Both the position numbers and the translations under genes were made by a program. Below the pieces are notes generated by a model. It was not told the origin of the DNA. It saw only the letters and a list, made by a program, of their open reading frames with translations, and did no database searches. From Balanoglossus misakiensis (taxonomy: Eukaryota > Animalia > Hemichordata): a DNA stretch of 64,000 nt. Where the stretch lies: assembly GCA_040954595.2 (NCBI GenBank), contig CM082592.2, positions 9,473,677-9,537,676 on the forward strand, written 5' to 3'. Numbering within the stretch: the first letter of the stretch is position 1; each line of letters starts with the position of its first letter. Below are positions 28,549-41,018 of the stretch, one piece after another.

Positions 28549-28562
28549 CGCGGCGCCATTTT
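28549..28562 (-). promoter_or_regulatory. YY1-like motif (AAAATGGCGCCGCG) in the putative TTC28 promoter/5' leader
   Basis: The minus strand reads AAAATGGCGCCGCG, matching the AANATGGCG YY1 consensus often found just downstream of housekeeping TSSs. Confidence 0.4.
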
Positions 28563-29344
28563 ATTTTCAGGTGAAGCCTTTGGTAGCTTACTGTTTACAT
28601 TTGCTCCCACTGGGGTTGAGCGTTAGATTTCACCATGGCAACAGTAGCAGCTTAGAAACAACTTTTTAGGGCTTTTCGTACACGAATAACATATTGCTAA
28701 CAGATTTGTGCAAGAAAATTACAAATCAAAGCAATTTAAAGCGTTTTATCTTGTTCGTTTGTTTCTATGATAGGGGAGGAAGTTTGAATGTTGTAGCAGC
28801 TTATCAAATGAAGCCTTGGTGGAATGCGAGGGGGCGTGGTTCCTCGTAGGGCTATTGTCATATTTGTTTTGATTGACGTCCACCGATTTCAGTAGCGATT
28901 TCAGTGCACTTGTAAATTTCAAATGCAATCCGATCGATAAGCACCTCTTTAAATTTCGTTACGTGGGGGCGCACTGGATAAAAACTAAATTTTTTTGTCA
29001 ATGTTCCACTGCGTGTAATCATTTTGAACTGGCTTTGCCCGGCAACCTTGTTAACTATACAACCCAAACCAAAATCACGGTCATTTTGAACTTGCGACTG
29101 ATGAGTGTTTTATTTGCCATAGAAATGCATTGTGCAGAAAGCCGAAAAAGTATTGTAATAGTCAAATACATTTCTGCTGAAAACATGTTGCTATCCAAAC
29201 GTCAGAATGAGATCTATGGCAGGAAAAATCAGGAAAAGTTTGGGTGAAGCGTGAAACTATTTGCTATTTAACTTGTAACCAAAGTACGTAATCGATCATT
29301 ACAAAAAGAGTTTTTACAATAACAAAATAAACTTGTTAAGTTAA

Positions 29345-30560
29345 ACCATAAAATGATATACATGTAAATACATTTGGTTGAATCTTGTAGCATCTGTCGG
29401 AAATTCCATCAACATCGTTATCATTGTCATTCAAATGACCTGGACGAGCATTCAAATCTCCACAAATAAAAAAAAAGTCCACTTCATTATCATGCATGGG
29501 TCCCGGAAAAATATTTTCGGGTGGAAGGTAGCACGAAAAATACAAACAATAAACAATAAATAAATAACTCGTAGTACTTCTGAGTTTACTATTCCAATAC
29601 CAAGCAAATTGGACCGTAGTCACATCTAGAATTTCCTTGTCGATCAGAAATCCTTTACAATTCGTCCACTTGTGGTAATGCGATAATCTTCACCATTCGG
29701 ACGCTCGTTCAGGGGGAACCGCGCATTTAATTCGGCCGGTGTGCAACTTTCTCCTCACTTTCACGACCATACCTCCATGCCTGGACGCAAACACCATTAA
29801 ATAAAATTATAATCCCTTTTTTCAAGCGTTGTTTTATCTGTGTAGTCCTTTCTTTTTCTGGTCAACGTTTTCTAAAGCAAACTTCGCAATCCGGGCACAT
29901 CTGAAATTGGCCACATCTTGACGTGACGGCGACTTCGCAGTCGAATAGCATGCGAAAAATTCACTTCTGACGCCATATTAATCCCTTGTAGGACGCAGTT
30001 TACTTTATCATCCAAATTTCCACCGTAAATATGCGGTAAACTTGAAGCAATAACAGTTACATCTGTGTTATCTGTAGGGATGACGGTTGACATTCCATTT
30101 TGGCCACCTGGTGTACGCTGCAACTTTTGTTCAACAAGGCCGACTTTACCTTCCAACAAAGAAATTTCCATGGGAAATCCATCCTTCAATTCTTTCGTCG
30201 TGTGTTGGAATAATGACACCATGTCATATTTTCAGTCTACTAATTATCGAGGAAACGCTGGGATGTAGACCGAACCGCTTGAAGCTCTTGTGGTAAAATG
30301 CTTCACGTCATGACCATTGTCACGCTGCCTCGTGTCGTCATCTTCACTTCACTTCCAGCATCGTCAGAGGCTTTCCAGTTTGGTCTGGATCTTTTTTCTT
30401 CAGCTGAAGACATGCTATTCGAACCGAACCAACACAAAAAAAATGGCAAATACCAAACAAAAAACACGTTGGCCTTTCGGTTTGATATGAAGAAGTCCAA
30501 GTTCAGAATTTTGCAACACACACCAGCAGCACACTGACAGATCTTGTCTCTCACGTCACG
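29345..30560 (-). mobile_element. Decayed 5' fragment of a non-LTR retrotransposon (LINE): ORF1 remnant plus part of the APE-type endonuclease of ORF2
   Basis: ORF 29336-29623 contains SCYLPPEN...FICGDLNAR (Y-x-P-P and GD[FL]NAR motifs of APE endonucleases). Frameshifted pieces at about 29650-30420 give a coiled-coil-like segment (ISLLEGKVGLVEQKL), VTVIASSLP...NLDDKVN, PGL..FALENVDQKKK and ELNARF..NERPNGEDYRITTSGRIVK, resembling ORF1 of invertebrate LINEs (recalled, not searched). There are multiple stops and frameshifts and no RT domain. Boundaries are approximate. Confidence 0.8.
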
Positions 30561-30988
30561 TATCACGTGCGTTCACCTCGGCAACAGCGCCCCCATCGTT
30601 TGTCTGATAAGAACTTATGTTTATCATACTTCTGAAACTCTACTTACATCTTGTAATATAACATCACAAATATTAGCGAAAACCTACTTGAATGTATGGT
30701 AAATAATACTTGCAAAATAAGTATAGTAGACTTTCGTGACAATTCATTACGCCTCTTGAAACAAAGGTGAAATAAACTTGAAAGTAGACACTTTTGCTAT
30801 ATTAAAGTTGATAAAAAAGTAATATACAAGTTAAGCTTCACAATTAAAATATTTGTTATTACCCATGGAATTAAACTCATGCATAGCAGTTTGTCGTTTG
30901 GTGAAGTGAACAGGGTTCAATAAACTTCATGGATATATGCAAAGCACTTTCTTATTTATGCCCGTTTGAGGGCATGAAGCCAGAGAAT

Positions 30989-31142
30989 TCAAAGTCCATC
31001 TAGCAGAGATTTCATTTCTGAGAGTTCCTTTACACTAGGATGATTTGGACCACAGTATATCTTGAAAATATCCAATGCTCTGTTCACAACTCCTAATGTT
31101 GATGATTGTCGACTGAAAGAAATAACAAGGGAATCATCAATT

Positions 31143-31179
<37 letters not shown>

Positions 31180-34100
31180 CCACCACCACCATCATCATCA
31201 ATGACATATATGCAAGACCCCCATCAGATAAGTCCTTACCTGTTGAACATAATCTGTGCTAGTTTTTGTAATTCATAAGCTAGTTCAATACTCTTGCTTC
31301 CATGTATCAACCCCACAGTTGCTATACTTCTCTTCAGGTACTTACAAGCTTCTTCATGATTGCCTGAAATCCAACCAATGCTCTCATTAGTTAAACTTTC
31401 AGATCCGTTGTTTTCATCCAAGCTCATAAAACGAATTTCCGTTATGTTTTATTATTAAATCTGAAGAGAGTTATTCAAAAATTCACTCCAAAGCATTGGT
31501 AATCACAACAGCACCTTACAAAGTTGGCACACTTACCCAGAGTAACATAACATCTAGCTAGGGAGTCCTCCGTATCAGACATTTCTTTATGGTGTTTATA
31601 GAGAACAGACTGCTGCAGTTTGTAACACTTATGAAGCATAGCTAAAGATTCTACAGACCAAAACCAAAAGATATAATACAGTGAAAGCAAGTTTGTCACA
31701 GAAATTTCATTTCCAAACTTTTTCCAACGATATCAAGTTAATTAATGTGTACAGATTAATTCTCTTGTATGAAGCTTTTGATCAAAAGCATGTGAAAATT
31801 CTTCAATTTCATTGACAATTATTTCTGGACTCTCTTCCACTGACCTTGAAATTCCGACATTTCAAGAAGCTCAACACCTCTGGAGAATAACTTCCTAGAC
31901 ATCTCTGCAGTCTGTCGAGAAATTTCTGAATGTTAGATTGATGAATCATTTTCTAAAATCAATTTTGTCAGTGCAGGAATAACTACAGTTCAGTTGCAAA
32001 AGAAAAAAAAATCACCTTGTGAGCATCTTCTAGATTTTTCTCAGCCTGGCATTTCTGGTTGACACACTGTCCATGAAGTGTACCTGATTCAGCAGTTGGT
32101 GTGCGACCACGTCCAGCCACCACCGCCTGACCACACCTGTCGCAGCGGTACGCATCTTTCAAGTCAACTTTGGCATCATTCTCACAGGCTTCACAGTGGC
32201 ATGTGAAGTAATACTGTTCCTCCAAGGCTTTCTGCCGGTTATCTTTGCTCATGTGACTGACATGTGGTCCTAAAAACACAACTCTGATTGGTTAGTTGAC
32301 AACCCATACATTAGCAAGAGACATTTCAACATACACACTGAAAAGTATTAGAACAGTCTAGTTGATCAAACATCAAAGTGTGATGTCAAAGGAAACAAAG
32401 ATATAGATTTACCATAACAGTGTAAAATTTCTTCTCCACAGGAAATTCTTCTTGTTGCTCTGACTGTGAGTTGATTTCCATGGTAACTGAAAATTTCAAA
32501 AGATAAGATGGGTGTAGAGTTATAACAGCCTGACAAAATGAGACAGTACGAGACCCAGCCAGAGTTACCATGGATACAACTGATGATGGGAACAGGCATC
32601 AGCTTTCCTACAAAGGTTGCTTGGAAACAATTTAATCCTAAACAGGAGATTGTCCGCAGGGATTTAGAATGAGGAAGAAGAAAGATTGTCTGAGAAAATG
32701 AACACAGCCTTGCTGCCAGCCCAGACTAATCAGTCACGTCATACCCCAGCAGGCCTGCCCCTGCCCTAATGAGACACAAGATAACATTAGGTACAGGCAA
32801 ACGATAAGCACACACACACAATACGGCCGTCTCACCTGACAATCACATTGGGATCACAGCCGTGGTTTAACAGACTCGCTGTTGGGAAGACGGCACTGGC
32901 TAGCCTGACCTGCCTCACACTCTCCACCACAGCAACCGGCGGGGTTGTCGTTTCGCCGCCCTCCGCCTCCACTGCAGTGATGGCGTGTACATTGCATCGC
33001 AACTGCTGCATGTGACGCAGAAGGAGCACGGCCACTGACAACTCGGCGTCCGCCAGAGGGGCTTGGAAATCCACGCACACTGCAGTTCCCAGATCACAGG
33101 ACTTGCTCATCTCCGAGGCTAGAGTTCTTGAATCCGCACATCCTTGTTCACTTGAAATTGACCTTGACGTTACGTTGCCTTCTTCCTTGTCGCCTCGTTC
33201 CTGTTCCCACGGCAACTCAACCCTTGTGTCCTGCACTGGGTTGTCAGCCATTAGCTTCAGGGAATTTGTGACAACTTTTGACAACAGTATTGATGTCTGT
33301 ATCGGAAACAAAACATAACATTTTCATTTAATGTTGCCAAGCTGAACTACATGCATACAGTATACTTTTTACTACAGCTAGCCATTTATAAAGACCTTTT
33401 TGAAATCCCACCTTTTACGTCTGCATGAACTATAATCTGCATGCAAATTTGATTTCATGTAAACATTACCAGAAAACAATAACTGAATATTGTCCCCCCC
33501 CCCAAACCAATTTCTGAATTTCCAACGGGAGCATTGTGGAAAAAATAGTTCTCCAACACGTGAGTGAGGTGGCAATTGTACGCATGTGCACTAACGTCAG
33601 TTGATAGAAATTAGAATGACACATTGGTTATTGACATTTCCACAAGGCCCGAAGGCTTTCTTGCACAGAAAGGACAGGAAACATGAAATGTGTAAAAATA
33701 CTGCTCATGACGTCAAATGTAACATTGCTTCTGGTTGAAAGACATCTAGGATTTAAAGAACGAAAACTTGCACTGGGAAAATATCAATGACAACAGGAAA
33801 TCAAAGTGGGTGGTGGATAAAATTTAAAGGGGTGGCTGGTCGCGTTAACCCTTTTACCACCATGGTTCGGTCCAAATCCATTGTTTTCTATGGTACAGTT
33901 GGACCTCTGAAGAGGTAACTGGGGGTGAAAGGGTTAACACCAGTCATGGAGAACACTGCAATGTGTTGGAAAGTGAAATATATGGAAAGCAGAGACAGGG
34001 AATGTCAAAATCAAAATCTACCATTGCACAGTAGAAGTTGTACTCTGTTGGGTGATTCTCTGAGTGAGACATTAGATTGTACACGCTGAAGTAATCCCCT

Positions 34101-37100
34101 CTGTATTTGGATGAGATATCTTGAGCACAATTATCATCATCGCTTTCATTTCCTGTGAGATGGCGATATTTGCATATATTCTGCCAGCCAGACGTCAGTA
34201 ATATCCGCAGACTCAGCTGGGCAATGGAGCCTACCTACAAGAAAATTAATCACAAATTATAGAAATGGACAATTTCGATGAAAACCCACTTAGTGTAAAA
34301 GCAAACTGTACAGTTTGAGAACCAGAACAAAGGAAAATACAAGAGGTTAGCTTGAAGAAATGAGAAAGAGATTCCCAGAAATGATTGATTTTGAACAACA
34401 TTTGAAACTTGGCATATTAATGCAGAAATGAAAGGGAACAGCCAAAATGAACCCAACAGTACTCTGCACTATACATGTTTAATGTGAGAAACCCACCAAA
34501 TACAGAAACCTATTAAACTGGAGGCAACCACCAGCCTTTGTACATTGACTGAATCATTACAAGTAAAGCGTATGCGTGGATCATGTTCCGAACAGACTGT
34601 CATCCGTACCTGCTCCAATATCAGCCAGAGAGGGCACTCTACATGATGGTACCGTTGCCAGCTGGACTCTTGACAATCTTCACTGCAGTATCGCACATGT
34701 GTACACTGCGGACATCTAGCAGTTAATTTCACACACAAAACACTAGTTAGTTGATTCAGTTTCCAGCAAAAAAGTGCTAGAATTCTATAACATACAGAAT
34801 TTCATAAAAGTGTAGAGACTTTTATAAACAGTTTCGCTTACGGTATTGTGGTCATGGAGACTGGCTGTATGCAATGGTAGCAATGGCTGCCGTAATGTGT
34901 CGGCAGTAGCACCACTGCATATGCATTCTCTTGTATTACAATATCACCAGCTTTGATGTCTCCGTTGGCCTGACAAAAAAGAGAGAGAGAACAGCGCACA
35001 TTTTCTTTCTGTTTTCTTCAAGATCGTATACAGATCAAGCAATCATTTGAACAACTTCCAACTCAAGCAGTTGAACGTGTTGGTTTACAAAGTTCAAGGT
35101 GCCACGACTGAATAATTCTTACAAAGCTGACATTTTATTTTTTCTGAAAGATTTGTCACGTGGGTGGCAATTGTATCCTGTGACAGCTGTGTTGTCAGAC
35201 CAGTCCCTTCAGTTTCCCTGAGATTCATTAATCAAGCAGACTGCAAAACTTTGTCACTTGGGGGCATCTGCTCCAGGACACAACCAGTTACGGACAAATG
35301 AACCTTCATTTCTCGACAGACCTGATATAAATGTGACTCCAGACAGACAAGGGCCAAAGGCAGTACACTCCTATACGTTACTGTAAATTCAAACCTGAAA
35401 GGCCTTAAGGGGCAAACACTGCAAAGAATGACCGAGAATATGGGGTTTATTGTGAAAAGCTCTCACTCAGTTGCATATACAAAGTGGTCTGCACTGCCAC
35501 AAACAGTCTCGGTAACATTGTACTTACTACGAGATATCTGCCATGACTTTTGCTATATTTCAGAGTGACTGATCTGCATGCATTCGCGATGCACTCCGAC
35601 TGCTCAAACGTTTCAGAGATGACTTTGTCATCCACCATTCCTGCCCCACATCCTCCTTGTGCTTGCCTGTATCGATAGCAGGAAAAACAGCTCAAAATTT
35701 TAAATTTATGTTAGTTTGGAGAGCACACTGTCTATAATTTAGTCTAGTCTAGTCCAGTTACCTTTTCTGTCTAGTATAGTCACATAATTCCTCAGTATTC
35801 TCCATTTTAGCTTAAACTACTTTACCCATATCTCATCAGATAAATGCAGTTTAATGAACTCTTACCTTTGTGGTAATGTTGCAATCTTAGACAGCATTGT
35901 CTCGAGTTCCTTCATCGCACTCACTGAAATTAAGTCATGATGTCATCAGTGAATTGACTAAAAGACTGAAAATTGCAGGAGATGAATATGAGAAATGTCA
36001 ATTGCTAAAAGCAATACATTTTCACTAATACCATGCATGACAAATATACATCATGAACTCAAGATTTTAAATGCTATATCATTACATGTATTGGTATATT
36101 CAGGTTGCTATTACATATGACTAAGATTTACTAGTCAAGATAGATGACATACAAATAGTCTGCAATGGATTTAACAGACGGGAAACGACTATTAGGATAA
36201 AATCAACTTAGGCCTGTCTGCAAAATACCTTTTACAGAGTTTACAGGTCATTGTCCACAAATTCATTATCCTTTGCAACTGGATAAAATATCACTCTGAA
36301 CTTTGTTCGCAGAGACCAAAGTATTGGCTGCAGTTTTATCTCAGGAATTAGTGTCACAATTTCTGGAAAATATATATCTACCTTTCTTTGGTTGTTCTAA
36401 GCTGGATGACTGACACAATTCCATTGCTTTCTTGAATGCTAAAATGTCAAACATAAGCAAAATTATCACTTTCATGTTTGGATACATTGTAAAATATGGG
36501 CAATCATGCAGCAAATAACTAACCATGTATTTGCCTGAGTTGGAGCTTGTGTAATGAAGTATAATGGATGATTTTCTGCTCATGGTAAAATCTCCAAATG
36601 TCCATACTCCCATTTCGAAATCAATATAAAGTCAATCACAATATGAGGGAGTGTGGACCATAAACCATGCCCCCTTGTGAAGAATGTATCACCTAACCTT
36701 GTTCTGCAGACCATAGATTGCCTTCTTGGTAATAACACTGGCCCTTTCTTTGGACCAATTTGTATCTCAGATTTTCTGGATATCCATGTTTCAGGGCTCT
36801 CTCAATGTCTTCTTCACAAGCCTGTTAAAAAGATGGAAATCAGGCATGGTTTTTTTTCACTTACATTATTTTATTTTTAGGATGTCTGCAAAAAATGTCA
36901 TTCCTAATGTTTACTTCTCAACATTAGTTTAAATATTTACAGGTCTGCGTACCTTGTATTCCTGTAAATGATACAACACAGCTGATCTGTTTCCATAGCA
37001 AAGGGGTAACTGGGAATCTTGTGCCTCTGTCTTGCTGACCTTTGACCCTACGCTTGATTCGGCGGAGAGTATGCTCTGTGTGAAACACATAGAGGAGAAA

Positions 37101-38152
37101 ACTAACCTGAGTTATAAAATGCTAAGTATTCTTGGCATTATAACACTGTAATCATCAACATCACAGTATAAAGACTTTTCTAAAAACTGGACATTGGGGA
37201 ACACCATAGGCCTCTACAGCAGCTGCCTCAACATACAAGTGTGTATGCGTTACCTCGAAGAGACAGTTTCACAGAACATTGCTTGATCCAGGGCTAACAG
37301 AATGACAACGTTCTGCACACTTTTGCAATACCTCATTATAAATCTTGAGTGCTTCTTTGAATTGCTTCTTCTGGAAGACTTTATTGCCTGCGAGTCTCAA
37401 GTCTCTGGCTTTTACTTCATCTTTTTTGGATCCATCACCAGTGTGACATTTTTTCATCCAATCATGAACATCTTGGCAGTCCCTGCAGGTACAAGGTTGT
37501 TCTTATTAACATATTATCACAGGTTCACTTGTACTACAACTGGTATCAGCCTAAATCTACAGAATTTGTTCAAATTCTTCATGTCATAAATTACACTTGT
37601 TATACAGTCATCAAATCATTTTCCACTTCCGTCACGTTAGGCCTATGCCTTTATTGATATCTTGACTTAAGTGTCACCTCTCTCTCTCTCTCTCACTCAC
37701 TCACTCACTCACTCACTCTGACCCACTCCCCTTCCTCTCTCTCATTCATTCATTCATTCATTCATTCATTCATTCATTCATTCATTCATTCATTCATTCA
37801 TTCATTCATTCATTCATTCATTCATTCATTCATTCATTCATTCATTCACTCACTCACTCACTCACTCAACCTCTCCCTCCCTTCCTCCCTCCCTCCCTCC
37901 TCACTCACTCCCACACTAACTCTCCCCCCCTTCCCTCATCCTCCCTCCCCCTCCCTCCCTCCCTCCCTCTCTCACGTACCTCATGTTCAGGAACTCCTGA
38001 CACATCCTCAACCATTCGTGGTTACTGTGCTGCTTCTGTAGAAAAGTGTAGGTGCGACTTCTTCGCACATCTTTCCAAAGTTTTCGCAAGACAGTACTAT
38101 GCCACACACTCACATGTTCGCCCATCTTTCCGTCCAAATTCACCGCCATCAT
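30989..38152 (-). CDS. SMYD4: SET and MYND domain-containing protein 4 (TPR - split SET - MYND zinc finger - post-SET - C-terminal TPR-like), complete, 17 coding exons, 829 aa
   Basis: Exons: 37980-38152, 37332-37482, 36953-37075, 36698-36821, 36382-36438, 35866-35923, 35528-35666, 34842-34969, 34610-34715, 34022-34234, 32836-33296, 32413-32486, 32016-32269, 31845-31911, 31537-31650, 31240-31363, 30989-31112. All introns are GT-AG with consistent phases; total 2490 nt. Motifs: N-terminal TPR (RLAGNKVFQKKQFKEALKIYNE; CYGNRSAVLYHL), GRYLVA, MYND (CYHC..CPQC..YCSEDC..H..EC), QLRCNVHAI, SLLNHGCDPN, EEILHCYGP and post-SET FTCHCEAC. Confidence 0.93.
31143..31200. repeat. (CAT)n/(CAC)n trinucleotide microsatellite in the last SMYD4 intron
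   Basis: Directly visible. Confidence 0.95.
33845..33937. mobile_element. Short (85 bp) piggyBac-type MITE with TTAA target-site duplication in SMYD4 intron 10
   Basis: TTAA-CCCTTTTACCAC...GGGGGTGAAAGGG-TTAA: TTAA on both sides and about 12-bp imperfect terminal inverted repeats beginning CCCTTT, the established signature of piggyBac-family ends. Related copies lie at 9641-9740 and 9801-9886. Confidence 0.75.
37679..37972. repeat. Compound microsatellite (CT)n-(TCAC)n-(TCAT)~26-(TCAC)n-(CCCT)n in SMYD4 intron 1
   Basis: Directly visible; the pure TCAT run spans 37742-37845. Confidence 0.95.
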
Positions 38153-41018
38153 GTTTATGATCCCTTAGGTTGGTGGTAATTATTTCGCTCTGTCTTGGTT
38201 CTCCCAGACTGCACTTGTGGGCTGTCTTCCAGAGAGCCCACAAGTGCAGCCTGGGAGAACCGAAACTTGGTGGTTTTCATCAACCGGAAATCGCACTGGT
38301 ATAGCCTATGGCAATGCGTAAATGTATCTGATTACTGTGTTGGTTCTTGTTTCAATATTTTACAAATGAAGAAAAAAATATTCACTGGCGTCGATGTCAA
38401 TAAAACATCGATCCGCATCTGCTTCAGTCTTGGTTTCGTCATCAGTGTTGTTTTGTGTTGTGTGATGTCAGTGTAGGCCTAAAGCACCACCAGTCGACTT
38501 TCATATAACGCCACTCATTTTTATCACACTACCCAATAGTATCGCACAGCACTGTTTGCATTTTACAACTTTAATTTTTCATAAATAAGCTGTATAGGCC
38601 CTACCTCCAAACGACAATACTGTTATTTCAACAGTGCACTGGTGAAACCATTTGGGTGCATTGGCCTTTAAGAGAAACACGACTCCTATACACGGACCTT
38701 TGGGACATTTTTAAATCCCAGTTTCACTATCAGAAGGTCACACGAATGGAAACTTTAAATATCCACCAGGTTTATTTAGGAGATAAAAGACTCCATATCA
38801 TAAAAAAGTCCCTTGCGGCAAATCTTCGATCCTTTCAGAAAATGTTTACAATACCAAAAGTCTTTTGTGGGAAATTTTCAATTCCTTCAGAACTGCTTGC
38901 ACAATTGACGTAGGAGTTTTTGTACCGCATGGCATAGTGGATACACTTTTTTCATAGCCTTTCACAAATTTAAAGATCACCCAAATGATAGAAGTAACCT
39001 TATAGAACGAGAAAATCAAACAAGGAGTCACTGACTTGAAGCACAATAGATCACAATCCATACTCCACTAGATACTGCGAGATCTCGCCTGGCTTGGCTG
39101 TCTGTTGAAAAACATCACACGGGAGATGAGGTTGTTACAAAACAGACCAGGACAGAAAGACAGATAAAACTTTCGGCTTCTTTTGGGTCATATTCATTCA
39201 AAGGGCACCAGAAATTTAGCTGATGTGTAGTCGTAAATAAAAGACCTCTTTTTTGAAATTGAGCAATGAGTATGCATGCTACGCAAGTTCTTATTGTCAA
39301 TGCATCTATAGTGTTGACCAAAGACCCTAACATGCTGACTTATGGCACCTGCGGCTAAAAAAAACGGTCGTGACTCAGCAGGCTGTTGATGCATGATGTA
39401 CTGTATAGACACAGAGCCGGATACAAAAAATGCAAGCTTTTGTATCACGTTCCAACATTTCAGAGGATGCCTGACTTGGTTTGCCGTAATCCCACCAAAG
39501 AAACCTTTCGGGTATTTTGTCAATTTTATAACAGCATCAGGTTACGGCATATTGAAATATTCCCAATAGATTCGACGTGTGGTCAGGAAGTGACGTATAT
39601 TATTTTTAAAGGTTTTCACGGCAGAAGGGGCATTTGTAAATGGTCAATAGGAATGCACTGTGAAAATTTCTTTGCCATTCTTGGATGTCATATTTCATTC
39701 CGCGACATGCTTCTGGTCTTTTGATAACGGCAATACATTGAGATTGAGTATCGTTTATTGGGAATAAAGTTGAACGTCCGAGATTGCGAGTCATCCCACC
39801 TCTTTCGGTTTGATGTGGAATTCAACAAAATGTCTACGCCATATATCGTTCTCCACAACCCATGTGCATTTAAAAGCGATATAACGTGAGTTAGTGAATT
39901 GCCGGGAACATAAAATAGAGTTTATTTTGGTAGTAATTACAGAAAGTACAAATTTAAGGGTTTATCAAAATTGGCTCCTTCCAGGAACTCCAATTTCATC
40001 TAAAATTACACATCTTCAAAAGCATGCAGAAAACACTTAAATATAGATAAGTTCTATAGTGAATGACGATCTGACATTTGTTCAAATAGGCCTAGAGGCA
40101 AACACCATGCAGAATTTAAACATCAGTACGATTACCCTGATATTATTATGATATATATAATTTTTATAAATATGAAAATTTGTCATTCAGTCTTGAATAG
40201 TGATACTTTGCAACATTTACCATTAGACTGACTTACATATATAACGAGTGCTCAAAATGTATCGCGTGTTTCAGAAGAAAAACCTGATTAATGTCAGGGG
40301 TCACCAGGGGTCAGAGGGATTACTGTTAATCTTGATACTGGTTATAGTAATACAACTGATACAGGGAGTGACATCAATCTTGAAAATAATCAGGCAATAG
40401 TGCTGTGAGGTTACGAATTTCTTATGAAAAGAGCCAATATGGTTCATAAGCACATGATTTAGCCTGCATTTTGTACCAGGGATTATGAAACCATCTTCAC
40501 TACGATTCGCGGATGTCAAGAACACACGATATCAGTCATGGGTATTCACCCTTCAAAACGTATATCCCTTAGCGCTAGCTGCAGTGGCGGTTGTACATGC
40601 TTGTCTATGTTTGACTTCTTGAACCCTGTGCACAACCACTCAGCTACTTGTAGACTGACTAGATTTCACATTCGATGAAACATATGTAAGGTCAGTACCG
40701 TTAAAATCTTATGCCTTCAATGGTGCCTTTCGTATAGACAGTGATAGATATATCAGATTTCACTTACATATTGGGGGTCACATACAGCAAGGGGTAGATT
40801 TGATACTTAATGCATCAAAATTTTGTGCGCTGGGAGACTCTATGTATTCCGTGTATTATTGCCATCACCAAAGGGTTCCTTTAATGACCTTCTCCCATTC
40901 AGGTATTTTCATCATGTTCCAAGTGCACTTAAACATCAAATTTAATGTAAATGTTTACAGGGTAGAGAACATCTCATACAATCATATGAGTATTCATCAC
41001 AGCCGAGCCATCTCCTTC

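Noticed and set aside
28736-29339. Possible TTAA-flanked non-autonomous DNA transposon between the LINE relic and the TTC28 promoter
   Set aside because: The putative terminal inverted repeats match only loosely, so it cannot be supported without a repeat-library search.
30989-31207. Poly-Met ORF (MSLMMMVVVVMMMM...) in frame with the last SMYD4 exon
   Set aside because: The Met run is the intronic (CAT)n microsatellite. The real exon starts at the tttcag acceptor (31112), and retaining the intron hits an immediate stop (AGG TAA).
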